Source: an uncultured delta proteobacterium
Lineage (GTDB): Bacteria; Desulfobacterota; Binatia; UBA9968
Length of the DNA: 64,000 nucleotides
NCBI GenBank assembly: GCA_963745035.1
Contig: CAVUVW010000014.1
Span: 896,001 to 960,000, forward strand
Reading direction: 5' to 3'
Of this stretch, positions 40,716 through 49,718 are shown piece by piece (position 1 is the first letter of the stretch; each line of letters opens with the position of its first letter). Below the pieces are notes generated by a model, which made no database searches, was not told the DNA's origin, and saw only the letters and a program-made list of their open reading frames with translations. Made by a program: the position numbers and the translations under genes.

Positions 40716-40953
40716 ACTTACCTTTGCCGCCGCCCCGGAGCTCCCCACTTCCGGGGTATCGACACCCTATCAAGCGAACGCGCTCACCGGTTCCCAAGAT
40801 CAAAGTGTCACCGTCAACCACACGCTGAACAAACTCGAGGTCGGGTGCCGACAATCCCGGATCGGCTGGATTGAGGAATGCTGCGAGGATCGCGACGACG
40901 ATAAACGCCGGAAGCGCATATCTCCACTTCACAAGTTGATCCTTCACTCGCAT
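40651..40953 (-). pseudogene. Truncated thermonuclease (SNase) remnant
   Basis: TM helix, VQRVVDGDTL..GERVRLIG; a frameshift restores VDTPE, then similarity ends. Confidence 0.7.
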
Positions 40954-40982
40954 GGTGGTCGATGCAGGTCAGTTCATTCACT

Positions 40983-41219
40983 TCAGTACGAGATAGTTCG
41001 CCCGCTCACCGTTTGGTCTTTAGCTTCGTCGGCCATTTTGAAGGCGTCACCCGATTTGCCGCTGAGCACAATCCAAGCGAACCAGTAGTCACATGCCACA
41101 CACTGCCCTTTGAGCGCATGGACACGTCGCTTAGAAGGCGACTCACACATCGTGAGGCCGAGATAACCACGGCAGCGTGGGCAGGACCTGTGGAAGTAGC
41201 GTGCCATGGGCTCAGGCAT
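40983..41219 (-). CDS. Small Zn-ribbon protein
   Basis: CPRC...CVAC. Confidence 0.55.
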   Translation of the reverse strand: MPEPMARYFHRSCPRCRGYLGLTMCESPSKRRVHALKGQCVACDYWFAWIVLSGKSGDAFKMADEAKDQTVSGRTISY

Positions 41220-41292
41220 AGAGGTAAGCTGTCCAAGCGCTGACCAAGGCAGTCGTGATCACAAGCCAGAGAAATGATCGACGCACGGTCAT
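41212..41292 (-). CDS. 26-aa hydrophobic micropeptide MTVRRSFLWLVITTALVSAWTAYLYA
   Basis: RBS AGGAGAG, single TM helix. Confidence 0.5.
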   Translation of the reverse strand: MTVRRSFLWLVITTALVSAWTAYLYA

Positions 41293-41316
41293 ATCCACTC
41301 TCCTAAGCGTAAGCGA

Positions 41317-41382
41317 TCACGCCCAAAGCGCAGACGGAAATAAGCCGACCGCGAACCAAAAAAGTGAATTACCCAGTGTCAT
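41317..41382 (-). CDS. Hydrophobic micropeptide MTLGNSLFWFAVGLFPSALWA (26 aa ending YA if one T is restored)
   Basis: Strong RBS AGGAGGT and TTGACG/TATATC-like promoter upstream. Confidence 0.5.
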   Translation of the reverse strand: MTLGNSLFWFAVGLFPSALWA

Positions 41383-41542
41383 GGTACACCTCCTGAAGAG
41401 GCGGAGATATACCGTTATTTATCGGGGAACGTCAATAAGCTACTTGGAATGCGTCCACCGGTGTGACTACGGAGCGGCAACTAATCACTAATGGCAATCT
41501 CTTTTCTGTAGACAAGCCACCGCCTAACAGCCTAAACTCTGC

Positions 41543-41628
41543 GGGTTCCAGGGGCGGGGGCGTTTTCCCAGTGGTGACTGGGTCTGAAACGTCGGAAGGG
41601 GGGCGACCGAAAGGCTCGCCCCTTTTTT
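41543..41628 (+). ncRNA. Candidate small RNA ending in an intrinsic terminator
   Basis: TAGACA-N18-TAAACT upstream; stem GCGTTT-CCCAGT/ACTGGG-AAACGT; terminator GGGGCGA-CCGAAAGG-CTCGCCCC-T6. Confidence 0.4.
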
Positions 41629-42023
41629 GTTTGACTGAACGTTGACCGGACCCGAGCGATGAGGTTATTTCCGCTTACGTTTCTCTTGCTCGATCATTGA
41701 ATCCCTGATCGCTTTTCCATGGACGACGGCACGTATTGAGTCCGCTTTGGTATCTTTCACGGCCTCACGTAGCGCCGGGATTGCTCAATTAGTTTTCGGC
41801 TCTGTTCCAACAGTTCTAGAAAGGATTGAGGCACGGCAGGACTCCTTCCCCTATTGGTTTGGGTTCGGGCTCCCGGTCCTGCGGCCCCGGTGGGATAAGC
41901 TCAAACGGTTATTGGAATCAGACCCTAGGCTTAGTCACGCGCAAGTGTCAATGAAAAGCCGAAATGTCGGAAACCCGCCAAGTCGAGTCGCGCCGTAGGT
42001 GTTGTAACGTATCGCTTGGGAGG

Positions 42024-42374
42024 TTAGAGCGTATGCGACAAATCCAAGTCGCCAATGTCTTTGATGGAGCGGCCAACGTTTGCCTGCAAGATCTTAAAAA
42101 TTTGTGAGCAGAAGCGGCGGTCATCAAACTGCATCAAGCCCATATATCGAGAGCCGTTATAATGAATGAACAGCAAAATCTTGTTATCCAAGAGTTGACG
42201 GATCATCGTGCGTTCGAGGGTCCCAATTTCGCCGGTCGGCAAGTCGTTAACGTCGAGGCGCGTCGTTGTCCATCTCGGCGGCCAAGTCAGGACACCGCTT
42301 TTGCGGGTCATTCGCGGGTGATCACGAAGCTGCACAGCCCGAATAGACATGGTTTGGCCAGTATCGGAGGCCAT
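42024..42374 (-). CDS. Hypothetical protein, WPxxW...DL family paralog B
   Basis: LRDHP...WPPRW...YNG...NVGRSIKDIGDLDL. Confidence 0.7.
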   Translation of the reverse strand: MASDTGQTMSIRAVQLRDHPRMTRKSGVLTWPPRWTTTRLDVNDLPTGEIGTLERTMIRQLLDNKILLFIHYNGSRYMGLMQFDDRRFCSQIFKILQANVGRSIKDIGDLDLSHTL

Positions 42375-42534
42375 AGTAACACGTCAGCAGTGCCGCATCA
42401 GCGAATTATTGCGGCCACTGACTCCAACACTCAGGTCTAGTTAAGGTGGTACTACTAAAGTTGAAGCGCGGGTGCGCTACCTGCTGGTTACTGAAAATAT
42501 TTTCAGTCCATGAAAAACCTTTTATACTTCGGGA

Positions 42535-42963
42535 ATGCGCGTTCTCGATGCTCTCCGTATTCTCGAAGCCGCAACGGTCGAGTGTAAGAAGCGCACGATC
42601 GATACGCCAGAGGTTTGCCAGGCGCTCGATCTGTTAGAACCATACTGCCGCCCGGATTGCATTAAAGGTTTCCGGAAGCACCTAGAGCCTCATGCAGTCG
42701 CCAACACTCTTGAGTGGGGTGCTGCGCTGGAGGGACAACAGCAAAATCTGAGAGTCGAGTTTGCCTGCATTTACCGCTGCGTCCGCGCGCTGCTTATCCG
42801 GCAGATCGGCCGGCTGGGCACTCGCTATATCCGCTCGGGGAAGGACCCGGCGATCATGACGGAGATTGAAAGATTGAAGGCCGAGCTCGTAAAGATGCTG
42901 CCGGAATGGAACTACTTCAGGCGTACGCGCGATCCCACGCTGCCGAAGCGAAGATCATCTTGA
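42535..42963 (+). CDS. Hypothetical protein
   Basis: 142-aa ORF with protein-like composition. Confidence 0.55.
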   Translation: MRVLDALRILEAATVECKKRTIDTPEVCQALDLLEPYCRPDCIKGFRKHLEPHAVANTLEWGAALEGQQQNLRVEFACIYRCVRALLIRQIGRLGTRYIRSGKDPAIMTEIERLKAELVKMLPEWNYFRRTRDPTLPKRRSS

Positions 42964-43280
42964 CTTGCGAGGCGTAGTTTTTTCCGCCTGGAGCTCCACG
43001 GTGATTTCGTCGATAACCTGTTAACAATCGGACCATGATCTTCGCCAGACAATTCAAGCGTCGCAACTCTGCCGCTGGTCCGAGAAACGAGCATGAGCCA
43101 AAGGCCGTCCTCAGATATACACAGTTTCGCGTCACGGTTGGGAGTGGGGACGGATGCCAGCGCCGCATCGACCGATGCGCGAATCTCTTCCGCAGAGAGG
43201 CCGGACACGTCGATCTCTTCAGCAGCTCGCGCTTTTGTGCGTTTATGCCGCTTGAAGTTGACTTTTGTAATCTTTGCCAT
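42912..43280 (-). CDS. Hypothetical protein
   Basis: RBS GAGG, 122-aa ORF. Confidence 0.55.
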   Translation of the reverse strand: MAKITKVNFKRHKRTKARAAEEIDVSGLSAEEIRASVDAALASVPTPNRDAKLCISEDGLWLMLVSRTSGRVATLELSGEDHGPIVNRLSTKSPWSSRRKKLRLASQDDLRFGSVGSRVRLK

Positions 43281-43430
43281 TCCTCGCCTCAGCTATGAAG
43301 GGAGCAATCGTGTACCTCAACAAAGAATGAATCTGGGTCATTCCGAATCCGTGCGGCTTTAATGCAGTTTGGGTTTTGACAGTAAATACCCAGGGCCCTG
43401 GGCAACTGTCACTCGTTTAAGTCATCGCAT

Positions 43431-43649
43431 ATGACAAGCCCGGCCGTCTTCGACCGCATCCACGGCAGGAACGCGTTCTCCGACCTGCGGACACTGCTCA
43501 AGAATCCAGAGTTGAGCTATCGAGATATCGGGAAGGAGCTAGGCCTAACAAAGCAGCGGATCGCACAACTTGACCAGCGGCGGCTATCTCACGAAAACAA
43601 ACAAATTCATGAAGCAGCGGAACTTCGAGAGTTTTACCAGGTGGCGTGA
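43431..43649 (+). CDS. Small HTH protein, possibly a fragment
   Basis: LSYRDIGKELGLTKQRIAQL. Confidence 0.55.
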   Translation: MTSPAVFDRIHGRNAFSDLRTLLKNPELSYRDIGKELGLTKQRIAQLDQRRLSHENKQIHEAAELREFYQVA

Positions 43650-43724
43650 TCTTGAAGCGTCTGTTAAAATCTTTGACCGTCGCTTGGCGGGGAATTTCCC
43701 GTTCACTCCCGCAGATGAGAAAAA

Positions 43725-43892
43725 TTACAGCTTCTTCAGCAAGCGATAGAATCGCGTAATTAGCCAGGCGCACCCCATGGCGATGGCGAGCTTGACCAAA
43801 TGGCTCTCGCCAATCGACATCCTGAAAGAGAACGCCAGCCAGCCGATGGCTAGGATGATGAGAACGAAAGCCGTCCTGCCGCGGGTGCTCAT
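43725..43892 (-). CDS. 55-aa two-TM membrane protein MSTRGRTAFVLIILAIGW...RLLKKL
   Basis: ATG overlaps the TGA of the orphan TadE tail (ATGA); two hydrophobic segments. Confidence 0.55.
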   Translation of the reverse strand: MSTRGRTAFVLIILAIGWLAFSFRMSIGESHLVKLAIAMGCAWLITRFYRLLKKL

Positions 43893-43984
43893 GCGGCGGT
43901 GCAAAGGGTGTTGTCGGTGTTGAAGGGCTGAGCCATATAGCGCATTTGCGCGGTGCGCGTGATCGACTGCTTGGACGTAGGGTC
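43889..43984 (-). pseudogene. Orphan TadE C-terminal fragment
   Basis: SITRTAQMRYMAQPFNTDNTLCTAA* versus SVTRTSRMRYEFQPDGNGGSAATLCTAA* in TadE at 44718. Confidence 0.7.
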
Positions 43985-44101
43985 CCTGGTCCCTAGCTTT
44001 GCCTGTGCCGGAAACTTAACCAATTCGTAGGATTTTCGTCGGTTGTTGCGTTCCCCTGCGCCCACGGCCAAGAAATAACTCTACTTCCGGCAGCTCAGCT
44101 T

Positions 44102-44254
44102 TCACCGACGCGCCCATCTGCGCGTGAGCATCATCAGCACGGCGCCGATCGCACACGCCGCCAGCGTATCCACCGGGCCAAAAAAGGGCTTCAGATCCGC
44201 CACCAGGTAAATCAAGCCGCCCGTGACGACAAGGAAGGAAACGCGCTTCAGCAT
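44102..44254 (-). CDS. 50-aa two-TM membrane protein MLKRVSFLVVTGGLIYL...RRWARR
   Basis: Start overlaps the end of TadE2; two hydrophobic segments and a basic tail. Confidence 0.55.
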   Translation of the reverse strand: MLKRVSFLVVTGGLIYLVADLKPFFGPVDTLAACAIGAVLMMLTRRWARR

Positions 44255-44706
44255 TGGTGTTCGTAGCGCATCTTGACGGAACGCGTCAGCGGAACCGAAG
44301 GATCGATGTTGACGCCAATGAACCTGAGTATCCTGTAGAAAAACGGGTAATAGGTCTGCGTCACGCTGACCTGGACTTCACGGTCGCATGTGGCCACGGC
44401 GCCGGAATTGACGAGCGCGATTTGCGCACCCCCGGCCATGAGCCCAGATGCCACGCGGTTCGAAATCCGCTGCAGAATGTCCGACCCGCTGGAGCATGGG
44501 TATGTGCAGGAGACATTCGCCGTCGATAGCGTCGGATCAGCGGCGGCAATTCGCGCACCTTCACGGGCGGCGTTCGTGCCGATCTGCGAGGTGTAGAACA
44601 TCATGCCGAAGTCGGCGGGTATCCAGGCGACAATGACCAGCAGGATGAAGCATAGGGTGAACTCTACTAGGGCTTGGCCTTTTTGGTTCTTCATAATGTT
44701 TTTCAT
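44248..44706 (-). CDS. tadE: TadE/TadF-like minor pilin (TadE2)
   Basis: Prepilin motif KG|QALVEF, hydrophobic helix, NAAREGARIAA. Confidence 0.9.
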   Translation of the reverse strand: MKNIMKNQKGQALVEFTLCFILLVIVAWIPADFGMMFYTSQIGTNAAREGARIAAADPTLSTANVSCTYPCSSGSDILQRISNRVASGLMAGGAQIALVNSGAVATCDREVQVSVTQTYYPFFYRILRFIGVNIDPSVPLTRSVKMRYEHQC

Positions 44707-44717
44707 GCTTCCGCTCC

Positions 44718-45173
44718 TCATGCGGCCGTACACAGGGTAGCCGCGCTGCCTCCGTTGCCGTCGGGCTGGAACTCGTATCGCATGCGAGAGGTGCGAGTAA
44801 CGCTTGTGTCGTTGGGTACGGTGAGCCCAAATAGACTTGCCATTTTGTACCAGGCGTAAGTGTAGGTGTACGTCACCGACGCTTCCACGTATTGCATGCA
44901 ACCCGCGGGGCTGGTGCGGCGGATCACTGTGGCCACGGCTGAGCTTCGAACGTAGGCGGGAGTCTCGGCGACGACTTCAGCCTGCAACGCGGTCGCGTCG
45001 AACGCTGCGCCATCTTTGTTGGCTGCTTTCCGCGCCACGTCTCTGACGGCGTTCTGGGCCAACGATGCTGTCCATAGCGCTATTCCGAAATCGACGGGCA
45101 CGTACAGCGCTACGAGCAAGAGCGGCGTGATCAGCGCCATTTCTACGAGCGATTGGCCTTTTTGGTTCTTCAT
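44718..45173 (-). CDS. tadE: TadE-like minor pilin (TadE1)
   Basis: KG|QSLVEM, DFG, NAVRDVAR. Confidence 0.9.
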   Translation of the reverse strand: MKNQKGQSLVEMALITPLLLVALYVPVDFGIALWTASLAQNAVRDVARKAANKDGAAFDATALQAEVVAETPAYVRSSAVATVIRRTSPAGCMQYVEASVTYTYTYAWYKMASLFGLTVPNDTSVTRTSRMRYEFQPDGNGGSAATLCTAA

Positions 45174-45351
45174 AATATCAGTTTCCACTCCTCGTCCTCT
45201 TTGCAGAGGGGCTTTTACTGCCCCTTCATTCTCCCAGTAACCATCGGCGTCAGGACGGCCGCAAGGAGCGCCGCAGCCGTCAAGCTCCACATGTGGTAGG
45301 GCATGATTATCACGAACGCAAATACGCACACGCCCACGAGGCGGTAAGGCA

Positions 45352-46397
45352 TCAATACCCCTTGATCGGTTCCCGCACGAGACGGTGTTTAAAACAAAGG
45401 CTTGAGGTCGAATTGAGCGATTGCCCGCACTGTACGTCGGCTTGAATATATTTAGGGTTCCCCGTCTTGTCGACGGCCGTTACTCTAATCTTTGCAAAAT
45501 CCACAACTCCGGTCGGGTTGTCGGGAGCGCAATTCCCTCCACCCGACAGCACCGGTATGAAAAACCATTGGTTAACGTTACTAGGCGTCTTCAGAAAAAA
45601 ATCTTCCGCCTCGCCCAAAACAGTATTCACTTGACCCCTGTTCTGGCAGATCTGTGAGCCAATGGTCAGGTCTCCAGTTATCCCCGAGCCCGAACAGGTC
45701 GAAGCGGTAGTAAATCCCGCCTTGATGTCAGGCGCACCGGAAGAACAATCAAAAAATGTCGTCCAGCAAGCGTTCTCATTCGACCATCTTGTTGGTCAGG
45801 GTGCTGCATCTGGATCTTCACGTTCGTTTGCAGAGGGTATTCTGGAGGGGTTCCGACCTTGGTGCCGCATTTCGTTTCCCACAATGCGATCGGAATGGAC
45901 GGTCGTGCTTGGATTGTTGCTACCGCGCTAACGCTGACGGGGTTACTGCTAGAGACCGATGAGCCCATAAGCCTGAGGAGAGGGATTAAGAACGATGGTG
46001 GTTGAAGTGGGTCGTTGTTCGCGGTTTCCATCGCCACCCTGACGCCATTTGCGGCGTCGCGCGTTACGCCATAAGTAATGCTGTTGGACGTATAATCGTA
46101 GCTCACATAGCTGACATTTGTGGGGACGATCGGGTTTTGATTGCTGGTGATGTAATTGTTTTGCGAATTGAACGCTATTGCGCGATTCGTGACCGGCGTA
46201 TCGCTGAATGTTCTTTGGGCCTCGGGTAAACCACTGACCGCCGCCAGAGCCGCGGCGTCAATGGCGGATTGGCCCGTGTTGCGGGTGTACGTCATGAAGC
46301 CTGTGTCCAGACCGAAGCCCACCATGACCATTAGCAAGACGACCATCAGGGTTATAAAGACCAGGACTGAGCCGCGTTCATTTTTTATGCTCTTCAT
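45352..46397 (-). CDS. tadG: TadG-like Tad pilus assembly/tip protein (frameshift near 45780)
   Basis: NERG|SVLVF, DTG...AIDAAALAA; Cys-rich C-terminal part continues in another frame to 45352. Confidence 0.85.
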
Positions 46398-46644
46398 AGA
46401 GGCCTCCACAGGGCAGATATTGTTGTCCAAATTGCGAAATCGTGCAAGAGCCGTAACCTTTGCCATATTGCCAATAAATGACAAACATCATCAAATCTTC
46501 ACGCATCCTGCCTCGCCGGGTTTGTACTCAGAATCCAACATTAGTTTTCATCAGCGCCGAGTGGCCAATTCCCTATCAAACTTGGCGGGACCTTGTTCTC
46601 TCGCAATCCGGCAAAGCTCGATTGCCTCAATTGACCATGGTCTC

Positions 46645-46917
46645 TTAGATGATCAGGTCGCCAAGTTCTCTGAGGGTAATGCCACGGTTCGCGTTGACGG
46701 CAGCGAGGGTTTTCTTCAGGGCAGCGGCCGGCAGGATCAGTAACGCGGTGTCGCGCCCACCATTTCTTTTACGGATTTCCAGCGTGATGTGCACCTTGGC
46801 ACGCGGGGTGATAGTCGCTTTGAGAACGACGTCCTCAATGCTCCAATCCTGGGGTAGCCAAATTTTGCTCTTATCTCTCAGATTTATTCTGGCGTCGATT
46901 CTCCTAGTCGCTCGCAT
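46645..46917 (-). CDS. Hypothetical protein, WPxxW...DL family paralog C
   Basis: LRDKSKIWLPQDW...RNG...NRGITLRELGDLII. Confidence 0.6.
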   Translation of the reverse strand: MRATRRIDARINLRDKSKIWLPQDWSIEDVVLKATITPRAKVHITLEIRKRNGGRDTALLILPAAALKKTLAAVNANRGITLRELGDLII

Positions 46918-47569
46918 ACTGGCAAAGATCACCGCACGGCGGATACCCCAAGAATCGTTCCCTCGGACAAGCGAGAGTTAGGGCAGCGACTACAGATAAT
47001 CTGCTGTCCCGGCCCGGACATTTAGCTTAGGAGTAAAATCGAGATGCGCGTCCGCAAGCTGTCTAGAGCAAGCAACTCGCCAACGGATGAGGGTGCGACG
47101 ACCCCTACGAGTTCCAAGAGTCTCCGATGATGCGGGGCTTTGCTGCCCGATGAGAAGAATGCTCCGAAAGATACGACAGAGCGATGGCCAAGACGAACGC
47201 GCTAAACCGCCGCGGTTTCAATCACGCCGGTTCAAAGGCCGCCATAGCGATCGTGAACATTCGATGGTTTGTGTTCGCTTGCCGCCATGACGAAATCGCG
47301 CGGGATCTATCCGACAGACGTCGCAGCGGTGATCAGGAAGCTCAAACAGAAAGGTGTCCCGGTACGACCCTATCTTGTGGCGCAACCCTCCTAAAACAAT
47401 CGGCTCCGCAAATCGCAAACAAAGGTAAGAGGCCCTTCGAAGAAGCGGGCATGCTCAATGCGCTGCAGGTCGTGAACGGGGGCTATAATATTTTAAAGGT
47501 GCGCGCGATTCTCAATTACTATCGCAAGCTGTACCGGCAGGAGGGGAGGCACTAAGGGGGTTAGTTATT

Positions 47570-48398
47570 TCACGACGATCCTCCCCGCGCTTTTTTACGC
47601 CCGCCGCGTTCCGCCTTCGGCTGCGGCTTGGCTTTGTCCAGGCTCTGCTTGAGCGCCGCTAGAATATCGATCACCTGTCCCCGCGCCGGCGCCCTTGGCG
47701 GTACCGTGATCTCCCGGCCTTGGGATTTCTCCTCGATCATCTCCAGCACTTGGGCTCGGTAGACATCGCTGTAGTTTTCCGGCTCGAACTCCGGGTTGGA
47801 TAATTTCTCGACCAGTCCGGTGGCCAGCTCGAACTCCTCGGGCGTGAGCCGCGCGCCGTCGCTCTTGGCAATCGCGCCGAAGTCGCGCACCTCGTTGGCG
47901 TAAAACAACTGCTGCATGATCAGACCGCGCTGCGCGGAGCGGATCAGCACCAGCTTTTCCTTGTCGTGGCTCACCATTTCGGCGAGCGCGCCGCGGCCGA
48001 CTTCCGCCATGGCGTCGGCGAGGAGACGATAGGCCTTCTCTCCGCCCGCGGCCGGCGCGAGGTAGTAGCTCCGCTCGAAAAAAACCGGATCGATCTTCTC
48101 CGTGGGGATGAACTCGCGCAGCTCGATGTTGCTGTTGGCCTCGAGATCGCCAAGGGTTCAGTACGTGCGCGTCACCGACGCCGAGCTCGAATCGCTGGAA
48201 GCCGTAGCCACGCACCAGCTCGTCGCGCTCGACGGTCTTGTTACAGACCGGACAGAGGAACTGGTTGCGGACGCGGGCGCCGCAGACAGCGTGCAGCAGA
48301 TGGAAGCGGACGGTCAGATCTTTAACCGCGGAGTGGATTTCGACGGGGATCGCGACCAAACCGAATGAGAGGATACCGCGAGCGATAGGTCTGGCCAT
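47570..48398 (-). pseudogene. ku: Ku (NHEJ end-binding) gene disrupted by an internal inversion at 48143-48203
   Basis: GILSFGLVAIPV, ELVRGY, IDPVFFERSYYLAP, VIDILAALKQSL; the missing EIAKG/QYVRVTDAELESLEA lies on the opposite strand. Confidence 0.9.
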
Positions 48399-48495
48399 CC
48401 GTACAGCGTAACATGGCGGGGGCCGGCGCAGAGGCTGTCATTGGCTTACAGGAGGACCTTCTTCTACGGCGCGATATTATTACGCTGGATCACTT

Positions 48496-48945
48496 TCATT
48501 TTTGCCGTGACTTTTGTGATTTTTTTCGTTCGCTTTCAGTCATGTAGGTCCCGTGGCATATCTTTGCACCCGCGAACTTAGGGCTAATGATTCGTGTAAT
48601 AAGGGTGGCCGCATGCTCAGTCTGATCTATTACGTAATAATCGGTCCTCCGCTCATTTGTGAAAACTAGCAGCGGTGGCGTTTCAATTTCAATCTTGTAC
48701 TTATCCGAACTTCGGTTAGGCGCGCCCTTTCCCAAAAAGTCAAATTCGCAGTGGACTGTTTGTGAATGTCGAGTACAGCTTGTCAAGGAACCGTCTGTGT
48801 CTATAGTCTTTAGGCTCTCATCTGCTAACACGAGGTAACTCACGGTCATGATGCATTTGTAAAAGTGGAGATAAAAGTCGGCCGCAAAACCGACCTGCGG
48901 GATGACCAACACCAAGGGAAACCAAAACCAGGTTCCAATCTTCAT
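48496..48945 (-). CDS. Secreted hypothetical protein
   Basis: Signal peptide, 4 Cys, overlaps the stop of the upstream gene. Confidence 0.65.
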   Translation of the reverse strand: MKIGTWFWFPLVLVIPQVGFAADFYLHFYKCIMTVSYLVLADESLKTIDTDGSLTSCTRHSQTVHCEFDFLGKGAPNRSSDKYKIEIETPPLLVFTNERRTDYYVIDQTEHAATLITRIISPKFAGAKICHGTYMTESERKKSQKSRQK

Positions 48946-49718
48946 AAATGACCTGAGTCCTTTCCGGAGACATTGATAACAAGCTCTTTGCTACTCCAAT
49001 ATGCTCTTGTTCTTGCTCTATGTTTTGCCTTGGCCTTGTGTCGTCGTCTGATTTTCAGCGCGTTTTTATGCCGAGCTAGATACTTTGCGGTCCTCTTTTT
49101 TTGAGAGCATTTCGGCGAACAATATTCCTGACGCTTCACCGCTGCAAAGATCCGTTTGCAGACGAGGCAGGTGCGTAGCCGATCACCTGCCTTTTGCAAT
49201 AAATCTGTAACACTCATAAAAAACCTATCCCGCAGGGCTCTGCTGCGGTAACCTCTGCTGACCCTGCCATTACGGAATCGGAAAAGTGCGACCGACGGTG
49301 CTAGTCTAGAGATCCGCCAGGTGCGCGGAGCATCTCCTTTCATAAGCGTAGACATTCCTCGTTTCAGTTCCCTTTGAAGCTTTTTAAGTGTTCTTTTTGC
49401 AGGCGGATGCTCTAGATCGGCGATCGAGACTAGATCTGAAGCATGAGTCCAAAACGGTGGCATGGAAAAAACGATGACTTGGTCTCCCAAATCACGCCAT
49501 CCAATCGTGAGCCCTGCCCCTCTTGGAGGCAACTCAGAAATATTTACCATCATGAACTCGAGCAACCAGCCCAATGGATTCAGCATTGAGTCCTGGCAAG
49601 CCATTACGTAGCGGTCGCTGAGAACCTCAACCGGAATCTCTTTAGTCGACTTCTTCATTCTCATCTTGGAGCGTGTAACAGTTATCAGCGCAGAACTGCT
49701 CTTTTGCCGTAGCAACAT
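48942..49718 (-). CDS. CGNR-type Zn-finger domain protein (start uncertain)
   Basis: RLRTCLVCKRIF...QEYCSPKCSQKKR and a basic tail. Confidence 0.7.
   Translation of the reverse strand: MLLRQKSSSALITVTRSKMRMKKSTKEIPVEVLSDRYVMACQDSMLNPLGWLLEFMMVNISELPPRGAGLTIGWRDLGDQVIVFSMPPFWTHASDLVSIADLEHPPAKRTLKKLQRELKRGMSTLMKGDAPRTWRISRLAPSVALFRFRNGRVSRGYRSRALRDRFFMSVTDLLQKAGDRLRTCLVCKRIFAAVKRQEYCSPKCSQKKRTAKYLARHKNALKIRRRHKAKAKHRARTRAYWSSKELVINVSGKDSGHL

Noticed and set aside
43889-44800. Orphan TadE tail as a DGR template repeat or shufflon segment
   Set aside because: No reverse transcriptase is present, and the differences include indels and are not adenine-specific. The orientation is direct and no inverted recombination sites were seen.
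47087-47555. ORFs between the WPxxW paralog and ku
   Set aside because: No motifs, clear RBS or consistent coding signal; left unannotated.
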